Of a DNA stretch of 64,000 nucleotides, positions 18,556-28,475 are shown one piece after another. A model generated the notes under the pieces. The model made no database searches. It was not told where the DNA came from and worked only from the letters and a program-made list of their open reading frames with translations. Origin of the DNA: Planctomycetota bacterium. Its GTDB lineage: Bacteria; Planctomycetota; PUPC01; DSUN01. The translations under genes and the position numbers were made by a program. Every line of letters begins with the position of its first letter. Within the stretch, counting starts at the first letter, position 1. The DNA is taken from positions 17,416 to 81,415 of the forward strand of contig DATKZY010000028.1 in assembly GCA_035527715.1 (NCBI GenBank), given 5' to 3'.

Positions 18556-21197
18556 AACGTCATCTCGCTCTCGCCGCCTGTGTGCTGACGGCTGCCTCCT
18601 GCGCGAGGCTCGAGGAGACCGCGATGCCAGCCGATGCCAGCGCTCTGTATGTCGCGCCCGATGGCGCGGATGCGAACCCGGGCACGAGGGCAAAGCCCTT
18701 CGCCACGCCGGAGCGCGCCCGCGACGAACTCCGCGCGCTCAGGAAGGCGGGCGCCCTGCCCAAGGGCGCCGTCGGGGTCGAGCTTGCCGCCGGCACCTAC
18801 GAGCGCGCCAGGCCCTTCGAGCTGGCCGCGGAAGACTCCGGGAGCCAGGACGCACCGATCGTCTACCGCGCGCGAAAGGGCGAAGAGGTCCGCATCACCG
18901 GCGGCCGGCGCGTGGCTGGCTGGCAGCCCGTCGCCGACAAGGCTGTCCTCGACCGACTCGACCCGGCCGCCCGCGGCAACCTGATGCAGGCCGACCTCAA
19001 GGCCCTCGGTATCGCCGACTTCGGCTCGCCAGGCGGCGGGGGCATTGAGCTCTTCTTCAACGACCAACCGATGCAGATCGCCCGCTGGCCCAACGACGGC
19101 TTCGTGAAGATCACCGGCCTCGTCGAGCCCGACACCGTGAACGTCCGAGGCACCAAGGGCTCGAAGACCGGCAAGTTCATGTTCGATGGCGACCGCCCGA
19201 AGCGCTGGGCCGGCGAGAAGGAGCCCTGGGTCCACGGCTACTGGTTCTGGGACTGGAGCGACCAGCGGCACGCCGTCGAGTCCCTTGACACCGAGAAGCG
19301 CGTCATCGCCGTCAAGCCGCCCTACCACGGCTACGGCTACCGCGTGGGCCAGTGGTTCTACGCCTTCAACCTCATCTCCGAGATCGATCGCCCGGGCGAA
19401 TGGTGCCTCGACCGCCAGGCCGGCATCCTTTACTTCTGGCCGCCGTCCCCCATCGCAAAGGGGCGGGCCGTCGTGTCCGTCGCCGAGTCGCTCGTCGCGA
19501 TGAAGGGCGCCTCGCACGTGACCCTTCGCGGTCTCATCCTCGAGAACTGCCGCGGCACCGCCGTCGCCGCTCAGGGAGGCTCCCACGTGCAGGTGGTCGG
19601 CTGCACGCTCCGCAACCTGGGCGGCTACGCCGTGCGAATCGCCGACGCGGCCGACAGCCGCGTCCTCGGCTGCGACATCTCCGAAACGGGCGACGGCGGC
19701 ATCAGCCTCGCCGGCGGCGACCGCACGACGCTCACCCCCGCGCGCCTCGTCGCCGAGAACAACCACATCCACCACTATGGCCGCTGGAACCGCATGTACA
19801 AGGCTGCCATCCACCTCAGCGGCGTCGGCAACCGCGCCGCCCACAACCTCATCCACAACGCGCCCCACATGGCCATCGGCTTCAGCGGAAACGACCACAC
19901 GATCGAGTTCAACGAAATCCACAGCGTCTGCCACGAATCCAACGACGCGGGGGCCATGTACGCCGGCCGCAACTGGACGATGCGCGGCACGGTCGTCCGC
20001 CACAACTACCTCCACCACATCAACGGCTTCCAGGGGCGCGGCTGCGTGGGCGTCTACCTCGACGACATGTTCTGCGGCACCGAGATCGTCGGCAACGTCT
20101 TCTACAAGGTCACTCGCGCCGCTTTCGTCGGCGGCGGACGCGACTGCACCGTGGCCAACAACCTCTTCGTGGACTGCCCCCGCGCCCTGCACATTGACTC
20201 CCGCGCCCTCGGCTGGGCGAAGTACCACGCCGAGACATGGGTCAAGGAGGGCACCGAGAAGGGCACCCACCTCGGCATCCGCTTCAAGGAGCCGCCCTAC
20301 AGCACCCGCTACCCGAAGCTCGTCAACGTCCTCGACGACGAGCCGTTCGCGCCCAAGGGCAACGTCGTCGAGCGCAACATCTTCGTCGGCCAGGGCTGGA
20401 ACGACGTGGACGGCCGCGCCAAGTCCTACGTCGTGATGAAGGACAACCTGGCGGACACCGACCCGCTCTTCGTCGGCAAGCCGCCTGCGAGCTTCGAGCT
20501 GCGGAAGGACTCGCCCGCGTGGAAGCTCGGCTTCCAGCGCATCCCCGTCGAGGAAATTGGCCTCTACAAGGACGAGAACCGCGCCTCGTGGCCCGTCGAG
20601 CACACGGCGCGCCCGATGGTCGAGCTGCCGGCGCCCAAGCCCCGCGTGCCCCAAGGCCCGCCGCCCATCGCCAAGCTCCCCACGAAGATCGTCATCGAGC
20701 AGGGGATTCACGGCGAGAAACTCAGTCCATCCAGCACCGCCATGCTCACCTGCGACGGCGCGATGCTCGGCGTCCGCATAGACAACGCCGTTGACCCTAA
20801 GAAGCCGCTGCGGCCGGGCTCGACGTGGGGCCAGGACGACGCAGTCGAGGTGGCGATCCGGAACCCCGCCGCGGGCAAGGCCGCGCCGATCTTCGTCCTT
20901 CGTGGCTTCCCCAACGGCCATTTCGAGTCGAGCGCCGAGGCCGGCGCGCCCGAGGCCGTGGCGAAGAAGGCAGGCGAAGCCGTCAAGTTCGCCGCCAAGG
21001 TTATCGGCAAGGACCGTTGGACCGCCGAATACCTCATCCCCTTCGCCGCCCTCGGCATTGACCCCGCGAAGCACAAGAAGCTCGAATTCAACCTCACCGT
21101 CCGCAAGACCGCTGCCCCCGCCTGGCTCATGTGGCGCGGCACCGGCGGCTACAGTTGGGAAGTGGCGAAGGCGGGCCTCCTCGAACTCGCGCCCTGA
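18552..21197 (+). CDS. Right-handed parallel beta-helix repeat protein (pectin-lyase fold), probable lipoprotein or secreted
   Basis: GTG 18552 overlaps the upstream stop (GTGA) and gives VKRHLALAACVLTAASC. Beta-helix coils are evident (NNHIHHYGRWNRMYKAAIHLSGVGNRAAHNLIHNAPHMAIGFSGNDHTIEFNEIH). The C-terminal ~170 aa may be a sugar-binding module (low confidence). ATG 18624 is an alternative start. Confidence 0.7.
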   Translation: MKRHLALAACVLTAASCARLEETAMPADASALYVAPDGADANPGTRAKPFATPERARDELRALRKAGALPKGAVGVELAAGTYERARPFELAAEDSGSQDAPIVYRARKGEEVRITGGRRVAGWQPVADKAVLDRLDPAARGNLMQADLKALGIADFGSPGGGGIELFFNDQPMQIARWPNDGFVKITGLVEPDTVNVRGTKGSKTGKFMFDGDRPKRWAGEKEPWVHGYWFWDWSDQRHAVESLDTEKRVIAVKPPYHGYGYRVGQWFYAFNLISEIDRPGEWCLDRQAGILYFWPPSPIAKGRAVVSVAESLVAMKGASHVTLRGLILENCRGTAVAAQGGSHVQVVGCTLRNLGGYAVRIADAADSRVLGCDISETGDGGISLAGGDRTTLTPARLVAENNHIHHYGRWNRMYKAAIHLSGVGNRAAHNLIHNAPHMAIGFSGNDHTIEFNEIHSVCHESNDAGAMYAGRNWTMRGTVVRHNYLHHINGFQGRGCVGVYLDDMFCGTEIVGNVFYKVTRAAFVGGGRDCTVANNLFVDCPRALHIDSRALGWAKYHAETWVKEGTEKGTHLGIRFKEPPYSTRYPKLVNVLDDEPFAPKGNVVERNIFVGQGWNDVDGRAKSYVVMKDNLADTDPLFVGKPPASFELRKDSPAWKLGFQRIPVEEIGLYKDENRASWPVEHTARPMVELPAPKPRVPQGPPPIAKLPTKIVIEQGIHGEKLSPSSTAMLTCDGAMLGVRIDNAVDPKKPLRPGSTWGQDDAVEVAIRNPAAGKAAPIFVLRGFPNGHFESSAEAGAPEAVAKKAGEAVKFAAKVIGKDRWTAEYLIPFAALGIDPAKHKKLEFNLTVRKTAAPAWLMWRGTGGYSWEVAKAGLLELAP

Positions 21198-21208
21198 GAG
21201 GCTGCCGC

Positions 21209-24200
21209 ATGAACCGTCGTTCCGTCTTCGGCGTGGCGGCCGTTACCGCGGCCACCCTGTGTGCGGCGCTTGCGGAGGACTGGCCAACCGTCGCGCACGA
21301 CAACCAGCGGACGGGCCGGACGGCCGAACGGCTGGCCCCGCCGCTCTCCGTGCGATGGGTCTTCGAGCCGCCGTTCCCTCCTGCGAAGGGCTGGGCGCTG
21401 CCCGTCAACGGCTACGGGGCGCGCAAGAACAAGCCCAACGTCTCCTACGACGACGCCCTCCGCGTCATCGCCGCCGGCGACGCCTGCTACTTCGCCTCGT
21501 CGGCCGAGAACCGCCTCTACGCCCTCGACGCCGCCACGGGCGCCGTGCGCTGGACGGCGTTCGCCGACGCCGCGCCGCGGCTCGCCCCGGCCTTCTGGCA
21601 GGGCAGGCTCTACGTCGGGGCCGACGACGGCGTGCTCCGGTGCCTCGACGCCCGCACGGGGGAGCTTGTGTGGCGGCTCGACGCGGCGCCGCGGCCCGAC
21701 CTGATGCTGGGCCAGGGCCGCTTCGGCTCGGTGTGGCCCATTCGCTCGGGCGGAATCGTCGAGGACGGCATCGTGTACTTCACGGCCGGCCTCTTCCCGC
21801 AGAACGGCCTCACGCTCTTCGCTGCCCGCGCCGACGATGGCAAGCTGCTCTGGCGTCGCCGCCTCGACGACGGCGGCCGAACCGACCAGGTGCCCCAGGG
21901 CTACATCCTGTCAACGGCTGATTCCCTCTTCACTCCGTCGCGGATCGAGCCCGCGCGATGGAGCAAGCGCGACGGCAGCCCCATAGACTTCACCACGCCC
22001 TTTCCCACGGTGAAGGACGCACACGAGTACCGCTTCTACAACGGCGGCTCCGACGCCCAGGTGTGGAACGGCCGCCACATCGTCTACGGCGTCGCCTGCA
22101 TCCTGGCCTACGACCCCGACAAGGACTGGAAGGACAAGTGGGGCAAGCCGAAGAAGGGCGAGCTGCTCTTCAACTGGTTCAACGCCCGCCAGGTGGTCTT
22201 CAGCGGCGACATGGCCTACCTGACGACCGATTACTACGTCGCAGCCGTCCGCCAGAGCCTGCTGCCCGACCTCGCGGCCAACGAGTGCAAGGAATTCGAG
22301 GAGGCCTACAAGTCCCTCCGTATCCCCAGCTACCTCGACCACCTGGGGCGCTACGAGTGGCTGGTGCGCGAGCGGGGCGAGAATTCACCCGAGGCGCGGG
22401 CGCTGCGCGACGGCCCGCTCAAGTGGGGGCGGGCTGGCTGGGAAAAGTGGCCCGCCGCATCCGAGGCCGTCTTCGCGAAGCTCCGCCGCAAGTGCGCCTG
22501 GACGACGCCGCTCGCGGCCACCGAGGCCCTCGTGCTGGCCGGCGACGTGCTCTACGCGGGCGGCGACGACGCCGTTCACGCCCTCGACGCGACGAGCGGC
22601 AAGGAACTGTGGAGCCTTGACACCGGCAGCCGCGTGCGCGGCCTGGCCGTGGCCCACGGCCGGCTCTTCGTGAGCACGATTGACGGCACGATTCGCTGCC
22701 TGGCCGCCGGGCCCGCGCCCGAGAAGCCCGCCCGAGCCGCCGTCGAGCCACCTGAACCGCCCGCGATAGCGAAGCAGATCATCGAGCGGTCGGGCGTTCG
22801 GAGGGGCTACTGCCTCCTGCTCGGCGCGGGCGACGGGCGGCTGGCCGCGGCGCTGGCCCGGTTCACCGACCTCACGATTGAGGTTGTCGAGCCCGACGCG
22901 GCCAAGGTCGCTGTCGCGCGGAAGTTCCTCGCCGCGGCTCGGCTCTACGGCGGCCGCGTCTGCGTGCGGCAGGCCCCTCTCGACCCGTTGCCCTATGCGC
23001 CCTATCTCTTCAATCTCGTCGTGGACCTGAGCGCGCCTCCATTGGCCCCGCTCGCCGAGCTTCTGCGCGTCACCCGCCCCTGCGGTGGCGTGGCCCTGCT
23101 CGATGCGCGAGCCGCCGTGCCCGGCGCTCTGCTCCAGCAGTTCAACGCGACGGCGGAAACTGGCGGCGGCTTCGTCGCGATCACGCGAGGCCGCATCCCG
23201 GGCACGCGCGACTGGACCCACAACTACGCGACCCCGGCCAACACCTACTGTAGCGAGGACCCGCTCGTGCGCGGCCCCTTCGGCGTGCTGTGGTACGGCG
23301 AGCCAGGGCCGCGCGACCGCATCGAGCGCCACGCCACCCCGCCCGTGCCGCTCGTCGTCAACGGCATCCTGTTCACCATCGGCTACGACCGCGTGATGGC
23401 CTACGACGTCTACAACGGCCTGCGTCGCTGGGAGCGCGAAATCCCGGGCGCGACGCGCCAGCGCCTGCCCATCAACACGTCGAACATGGCCGCCGACGAG
23501 AAGGCCCTCTACCTCATCGTGAACGACGCCGAGTGTCTCCGCCTCGACGCCCGCACGGGCGAGACCACCCGCAGCTACAAGCCCCCGCCGCGCGAGGGGG
23601 GCGAGGCAAGCGCCTGGGCCTGGCTCGCCAGGGAGGGCACCATGCTCTACGGGAGCCGCCGCCCGCCCGATCGCCGCCAGCGCGACGCCTGGGAGCAGAC
23701 GAGCGACGCCGTCTTCGCCCTCGACGCCGACACCGGCGGCCTCGCCTGGCTCCACGAGGCCGAAGGCATTGACCACGACGGCATCGCGCTCGGCGACGGC
23801 CAGTTGTTCCTCGTGGCTCGCGCGCTCACCGACGCCGAACGCCAGCAGGCCCTTGCCGACACCCCCCGCGACGCCTCGGTGCCCGATCGCAAGGCCGTGG
23901 ATCGCAAGGGCCAACCCGTCGCGCCCGACCTGCGGAAGCTCGTCGCCCTCGACGCTGCGACGGGCCGCTTGGTCTGGACGAAGCCGTGGAACGTCACGGA
24001 CATCACGCTCGACGACGCGGTGGTTCAGGGCCGTGTCGGCGTGGCGTGCATGTGCAAGGACGGCGTGCTCGTGGTCCACGGCACGGGCAGCCTCGGGCAC
24101 CCGCACAAGGAGTTCCTGGCCGGCGAATTCGCGCGGCGGGCGCTCGTCGCCTTCGACGCCCGCACGGGCAAATTCCTCTGGGGCGGGCGCAAGGGCTACC

Positions 24201-25147
24201 GCAAGCGGCCGATCATCGTCGGCGACTGCGTCTACGCCGAGCCCTTCGCCTGGCACCTGCGCACCGGCGCCCAGCGAATGGTGCCGAACCCCTTGAGCGG
24301 CCAGCCGCAGGCGCTCGACTTCCATCGCGGCTACATCGGCTGCGGCCACCTGCTGGCGTCGGGCGCCGCCATCTTCGGCGCACGCGGCGGAATCGCCTGC
24401 TGGAACCTCGACGAGCAGGCCGGCTTCACCCCCTTCGCGGGCATGGCCCTCGCCTGCGGCATCTGCGCCGCGCCGGCCAACGGCGTGCTCGCCGTGCCCG
24501 AGGGGCGCTCCGGCTGCACCTGCCCCACGCCCATCCTCACCTCCATCGCCTTCTACCCCAAGCCCGACGCCGAGGCCTGGGGCCTCGGCTTCAGCGGCGG
24601 CCTCGCGAAGGCCGCCTGCCTCCCCGTCCGACGCCTCTCGGTCAATCTCGGCGCACCGGGCTACCGCCAGGACCGCCACGGAAACCTTTGGGTGCCCTAT
24701 CCCGCGCGCCGCGACGCCGGCCCGCTCGCCGGCTGGCTGCCGACGTATCAGCACGACGACCGCATGTGCTACCGCCTCGACGAACTGCTCACGCCCATCG
24801 CGGGCACCGACATCCCCTGGGTCTACACCTCGGGCTACGCCGCCGACAAGTCCCTCGCGTTCCGCCTCCTCGACGGCGGCGCCGCGCCGGCCGCCTACAC
24901 GGTTCGCCTCCACTTCGCCGAGCCCGAGGGTCTCGCGCCAGGCCAGCGCGTCTTCTCCGTAGTGCTCCAGGGCAAGGTCGTGCTCGCCGACTTCGACATC
25001 GTGAAGGAAGCCGGCGGCCCCCGCCGCGCACTCGTCAAGGAGTTCAGGGGCATCGAGGTCAAGGACTTCCTTCGCATCCAGCTCCGCCCCTCCGACGGCG
25101 CCGCCCGCGGCCCGGCCCTCTGCGGCGTCCAGGCGGTTCGAGAGTAG
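21209..25147 (+). CDS. Secreted PQQ-like propeller - MTase-like domain - propeller - malectin-like domain protein (class B paralog)
   Basis: MNRRSVFGVAAVTAATLCAALAEDWP signal. The central module is GYCLLLGAGDGRLAAALARFTDLTIEVVEPD...FNLVV (MTase-like). The C-terminal YTVRLHFAEPEGLAPGQRVFSVVLQGKVVLADFDIVKEAGG is a malectin-type signature. Confidence 0.75.
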   Translation: MNRRSVFGVAAVTAATLCAALAEDWPTVAHDNQRTGRTAERLAPPLSVRWVFEPPFPPAKGWALPVNGYGARKNKPNVSYDDALRVIAAGDACYFASSAENRLYALDAATGAVRWTAFADAAPRLAPAFWQGRLYVGADDGVLRCLDARTGELVWRLDAAPRPDLMLGQGRFGSVWPIRSGGIVEDGIVYFTAGLFPQNGLTLFAARADDGKLLWRRRLDDGGRTDQVPQGYILSTADSLFTPSRIEPARWSKRDGSPIDFTTPFPTVKDAHEYRFYNGGSDAQVWNGRHIVYGVACILAYDPDKDWKDKWGKPKKGELLFNWFNARQVVFSGDMAYLTTDYYVAAVRQSLLPDLAANECKEFEEAYKSLRIPSYLDHLGRYEWLVRERGENSPEARALRDGPLKWGRAGWEKWPAASEAVFAKLRRKCAWTTPLAATEALVLAGDVLYAGGDDAVHALDATSGKELWSLDTGSRVRGLAVAHGRLFVSTIDGTIRCLAAGPAPEKPARAAVEPPEPPAIAKQIIERSGVRRGYCLLLGAGDGRLAAALARFTDLTIEVVEPDAAKVAVARKFLAAARLYGGRVCVRQAPLDPLPYAPYLFNLVVDLSAPPLAPLAELLRVTRPCGGVALLDARAAVPGALLQQFNATAETGGGFVAITRGRIPGTRDWTHNYATPANTYCSEDPLVRGPFGVLWYGEPGPRDRIERHATPPVPLVVNGILFTIGYDRVMAYDVYNGLRRWEREIPGATRQRLPINTSNMAADEKALYLIVNDAECLRLDARTGETTRSYKPPPREGGEASAWAWLAREGTMLYGSRRPPDRRQRDAWEQTSDAVFALDADTGGLAWLHEAEGIDHDGIALGDGQLFLVARALTDAERQQALADTPRDASVPDRKAVDRKGQPVAPDLRKLVALDAATGRLVWTKPWNVTDITLDDAVVQGRVGVACMCKDGVLVVHGTGSLGHPHKEFLAGEFARRALVAFDARTGKFLWGGRKGYRKRPIIVGDCVYAEPFAWHLRTGAQRMVPNPLSGQPQALDFHRGYIGCGHLLASGAAIFGARGGIACWNLDEQAGFTPFAGMALACGICAAPANGVLAVPEGRSGCTCPTPILTSIAFYPKPDAEAWGLGFSGGLAKAACLPVRRLSVNLGAPGYRQDRHGNLWVPYPARRDAGPLAGWLPTYQHDDRMCYRLDELLTPIAGTDIPWVYTSGYAADKSLAFRLLDGGAAPAAYTVRLHFAEPEGLAPGQRVFSVVLQGKVVLADFDIVKEAGGPRRALVKEFRGIEVKDFLRIQLRPSDGAARGPALCGVQAVRE

Positions 25148-25190
25148 CGAGGCACACGGCTCGGGCGTACAATGTGAAAGGGTGAGTGCC

Positions 25191-26618
25191 ATGCGAGATT
25201 GGCTTCCACTGCTTCTTGTTGCTGCCTGCACCTGCTCCTGGGCGGAGGAACAGCCCATGGTGACCGTCAAGCCGAACGAAACGGATGAACTGCTCGCCAA
25301 CCCCGGCATCGGTTGGGAGACGTTTCATCGCGTCAAGACGAAGGACAAGAGCCTGCCCGAATGGCTCCCCTCGACCATGCACTACGCGCGATGGGGCTGG
25401 GGAACCCTCGAGCCAGAGCCAGGGAAGCTCGACACCGCCTTCCTCGACAAGGTGCTCAAGGACTCCCGCGACGCGGGCCAGCAACTCGCCTTCCGCGTGA
25501 TGTGCTGCTCGACGACGCCCCGCGACCCCTACTTCCCGAAATGGCTCAAGGACGCCGGCGGGCGAATCATCGAGACGCAATACGGCAGCGGCCCCACGCT
25601 GCCCGTTCCCGACCTCGACGACCCCGTGGTGCTGGAGCGGCATCTCGACTTCATCAAGCGCCTCGGCGAGCGCTACGACGGCCACCCCGACATTGACCAC
25701 ATTGACCTCGGCTCCGTCGGCTGGTGGGGCGAGTGGCACATGAGCAACGCCAAAGGCGTCTCGATGCCCAAGCCCGAGACCCAGCAGAAGATCGTGGACG
25801 CCTGGCTCGCGGCGTTCAAGAAGACGCAACTCCTCATGCTCATCGGCGGCGGCAAGATGCTCACCTATGCCACCCAGCACGGCTGCGGTTGGCGGGCCGA
25901 CTGCATCGGCGACATGGGCGGTTTTTCAAAGACCTGGTGCCACATGCGCAAGGGCTATCCCTTCTGGATCAAGCAGGCGGGCGTCGAGGACGCCTGGAAG
26001 ACCGCACCCGTCGCCTGGGAGAGCTGCTGGGACATGCGGCGTTGGGTGCAGGAGAAATGGCCGCTGCGGTTCATCTTCAACTACGCCCTCGCCCTCCACG
26101 GCTCGGTGCTCAACAACAAGTCGGCCCCGCTGCCCGAAGGCCCAGAGATTCGCCCCGAGATCGAGCGCTTCGTGCGCCGCCTCGGCTACCGCCTCGTCCT
26201 GAGCGAGCTGAAGCACCCCGCGACCGCCGCCGCGGGCAAGGAACTCGCCCTCTCGATGAAATGGCAAAACGTCGGCTCCGCCCCCTGCTACCGCCCCTAT
26301 CGCATCGCCTATCGCCTCTCCAACGACAACGGCTTTGCGAAGGTCCTGCCCAGCATCATCGCCGTCAACAAGTGGATGCCTGGCAGCGTCCCCCTCTTCA
26401 CCGAGGATTTCTACAAGGGCGAGTGGGACTTGCCGAATGGCGAGGTCAACGACGTCGCCGACAAGCTCGTGCTCCCCGCCGACACTCCCGCAGGCCGCTA
26501 TCGGTTCTCGATAGCCGTCATTGGCGAGAACACCCTTGACCCCGCCATTCGCCTCGGCATCCACGGCCGCGCAGAAGACGGCTGGTATCCGGTGAGCCAT
26601 CTCGACGTGACGAAATAA
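25191..26618 (+). CDS. Secreted DUF4832-type putative glycoside hydrolase
   Basis: MRDWLPLLLVAACTCSWAEE signal. NPGIGWETF and WGWGTLEPEPGKLD resemble DUF4832 / GH42-like TIM-barrel proteins. The assignment is from memory of the family, not a search. Confidence 0.5.
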   Translation: MRDWLPLLLVAACTCSWAEEQPMVTVKPNETDELLANPGIGWETFHRVKTKDKSLPEWLPSTMHYARWGWGTLEPEPGKLDTAFLDKVLKDSRDAGQQLAFRVMCCSTTPRDPYFPKWLKDAGGRIIETQYGSGPTLPVPDLDDPVVLERHLDFIKRLGERYDGHPDIDHIDLGSVGWWGEWHMSNAKGVSMPKPETQQKIVDAWLAAFKKTQLLMLIGGGKMLTYATQHGCGWRADCIGDMGGFSKTWCHMRKGYPFWIKQAGVEDAWKTAPVAWESCWDMRRWVQEKWPLRFIFNYALALHGSVLNNKSAPLPEGPEIRPEIERFVRRLGYRLVLSELKHPATAAAGKELALSMKWQNVGSAPCYRPYRIAYRLSNDNGFAKVLPSIIAVNKWMPGSVPLFTEDFYKGEWDLPNGEVNDVADKLVLPADTPAGRYRFSIAVIGENTLDPAIRLGIHGRAEDGWYPVSHLDVTK

Positions 26619-26680
26619 TCGCCGCCGCTACTGGAATTCTCGACCCCGCCGCGCTATGATCCAGACAGAAAGGATGGCCG

Positions 26681-26989
26681 ATGGACATCCTCGTCCGTAT
26701 CAAGCGCGCGGTTCTCGCGGGCCACTTCGTTTTCAGCGACAAAGCCGAGATGGAGATGGAGCGCGACGACCTCACCGAACTGGATGTCATGGAGTCCATC
26801 CTCACCGCGCCGGCGATCTACAAGACGGTTCGCTCGACGAGCCCCTCGCGCCTGCGCGGCAAGGAGAAGCTCCACATCATTGTGAGCCCGAACCTCAGCG
26901 GGCTCCTTATCTACACCAAGGGTAAGCTTGCCTCCAGAGGCGGGGTTGACACATACTACTTCCTGGTCTCATCGAAGAGAGCCCTGTAG
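26681..26989 (+). CDS. Putative type II toxin (DUF4258 / MqsR-like)
   Basis: 102 aa with an AAGGA RBS. It lies immediately upstream of a YgiT-type zinc-finger gene (toxin-first order as in mqsRA). It sits in a lower-GC segment. Confidence 0.5.
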   Translation: MDILVRIKRAVLAGHFVFSDKAEMEMERDDLTELDVMESILTAPAIYKTVRSTSPSRLRGKEKLHIIVSPNLSGLLIYTKGKLASRGGVDTYYFLVSSKRAL

Positions 26990-27001
26990 GAGGGCAATGA
27001 C

Positions 27002-27229
27002 ATGTTGAAGATTACAGAATGCCCCACGTGCGGCAGCGACAGGATCAAGAGGGTCCGCAAGAACCTTCAGCGCGAAGGCCACGGCAAGCCCTATGTGGTT
27101 CCGCGCCTTGCCTTTTGGGAGTGCCCCGCGTGTGGCGAGCGGCTTTTCGACCGTGAGGCCATGCGCATGATCGAGGCCCATCGCCCTGTGCGCACCCGGG
27201 CGCGACCTCGTGCGGCGGCCACGAGTTAG
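27002..27229 (+). CDS. YgiT-type zinc-finger protein (MqsA N-domain-like antitoxin, no HTH domain)
   Basis: CPTCGS...(26 aa)...WECPACGERLFD four-Cys zinc ribbon. 75 aa. An AGGAGG RBS lies 7 nt upstream. Confidence 0.65.
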   Translation: MLKITECPTCGSDRIKRVRKNLQREGHGKPYVVPRLAFWECPACGERLFDREAMRMIEAHRPVRTRARPRAAATS

Positions 27230-27248
27230 CGCTACCACGCTGCGCCGG

Positions 27249-27308
27249 CACCCCGACTGCGGCGACCGGGTCGACGACCGCCAGGCCATGCGCAAGATCG
27301 GAGCCCAA
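27249..27308 (+). pseudogene. Relic of a second YgiT-type zinc-finger gene (3' half only)
   Basis: Translates to HPDCGDRVDDRQAMRKIGAQ, which parallels ECPACGERLFDREAMRMIEAH of the intact neighbour. There is no start codon and no first CxxC. Confidence 0.35.
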
Positions 27309-27476
27309 TGCCCCGCGTTTGCCACAGGGGTGTGCAACAGGTAAGCGCCGACGGCCACCACGTCCCTGCCAGGGCCAACGCCGTTTGCTTGTCGAAGTGG
27401 CGCCCGCTATCATGTTGGAGCGACATATCCAGTCTTGTCAGGGTTTCTGAAAGACTTGGGTTGGAGAGGCAAGACC

Positions 27477-27806
27477 ATGGAAGAGTACTCGAGGCTCCTG
27501 GCCGCCGTGAAGAGCATCAGGGGGTTACCCTCAGTCGTGGTGGCGCTCTGCATCACGTCAAGTATCGTTGCTTGGAGCAGCGCTTGCGCTACGATACAAC
27601 CCACATCCATCATACTCTCGGTGGGTTGTGCTCTGGGACTATCTGCCGGGGCTTTCTGGGTGGTATGGCAAGCAACACGCAAGCAGACGGAAATCGAGAA
27701 GCTGGCCCAGCAGGTCGAGAGGCTCTGGGAGCTGCTCGCAGGGGATAAGGCAAAAATGGACGTGTTCAAGGCGATGGTATCCAATATCAAGGAGACTCAG
27801 CAATGA
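27477..27806 (+). CDS. Hypothetical small membrane protein (2 predicted TM helices plus coiled-coil tail)
   Basis: ATG 27477 follows GGAGAGG. Hydrophobic stretches are LPSVVVALCITSSIVAWSSA and IILSVGCALGLSAGAFWVVW. Its stop overlaps the next start (ATGA). The track start at 27435 is a TTG. Confidence 0.5.
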   Translation: MEEYSRLLAAVKSIRGLPSVVVALCITSSIVAWSSACATIQPTSIILSVGCALGLSAGAFWVVWQATRKQTEIEKLAQQVERLWELLAGDKAKMDVFKAMVSNIKETQQ

Positions 27807-28384
27807 GTCCCATAGATCGCCCGCAGCCCCGACTCGATGAGACTCAGCGTATCCAGTACGCGGAGGACTTGATCCGGTCCTCAATGGCCCCAACCAGAAA
27901 CGACCTCGCCGAGGGGGCAGCACTGTTGGCCGCGGTCCTATGCGATGAGAACCTGTCGCCAGCGGGAAAGGCCACGGCCGCTTTCTTCCTCGGGAATCTT
28001 CTTGCGTCATTCCGCAGGCACGCAGAAGCAATTCGCTGCTTTGGGGTAGCTACTCGGCTCTCCCCTTCGTGGCCGGAAGCGCACTTCAACTACGGCGTTG
28101 CCTTGCAGCAAGCAGGCCAGAACGAGAAGGCGGCGGAGAGCCTGCGGCGCGCTCTGGAATTGCTGGTCTCACTACCCCAGGACAACCCCAAGGACAGGTT
28201 CTTCCTCGCGCGCATCCATTACTATCTGCACGTGGCTTTGTCCAGCATGGGTGACGTGGATGCATCGCTTGAGCACAAGGAAAAGGCAGAGGACTTACTT
28301 CGGCAAGAACCCCGCGATCCCCAGGCCCAGTTATTCGAGAAGTTCTTCTTCAGGACGGGCCCCGACCTCAGTAGACTGCGCTGA
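27803..28384 (+). CDS. TPR repeat protein
   Basis: TPR-like helical repeats (AEAIRCFGVATRLSPSWPEAHFNYGVALQQAGQNEKAAESLRRALEL). An AAGGAG RBS is present and the gene is translationally coupled to the upstream gene. Confidence 0.6.
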   Translation: MSPIDRPQPRLDETQRIQYAEDLIRSSMAPTRNDLAEGAALLAAVLCDENLSPAGKATAAFFLGNLLASFRRHAEAIRCFGVATRLSPSWPEAHFNYGVALQQAGQNEKAAESLRRALELLVSLPQDNPKDRFFLARIHYYLHVALSSMGDVDASLEHKEKAEDLLRQEPRDPQAQLFEKFFFRTGPDLSRLR

Positions 28385-28451
28385 ATGTTTCGCGAGGCAC
28401 TGGCCGAAGCTCCCGCTTCAGCGCCTCAGCGGCGGGGGCCGCGAAGGCCCC

Positions 28452-28475
28452 GTTCCCAAGCGGGGGCTTGGGAAC
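28452..28475 (+). terminator. Hairpin downstream of the TPR gene (no U-tract)
   Basis: gttcccaag cggggg cttgggaac. This is a perfect 9-bp stem about 70 nt after the stop. Confidence 0.25.
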
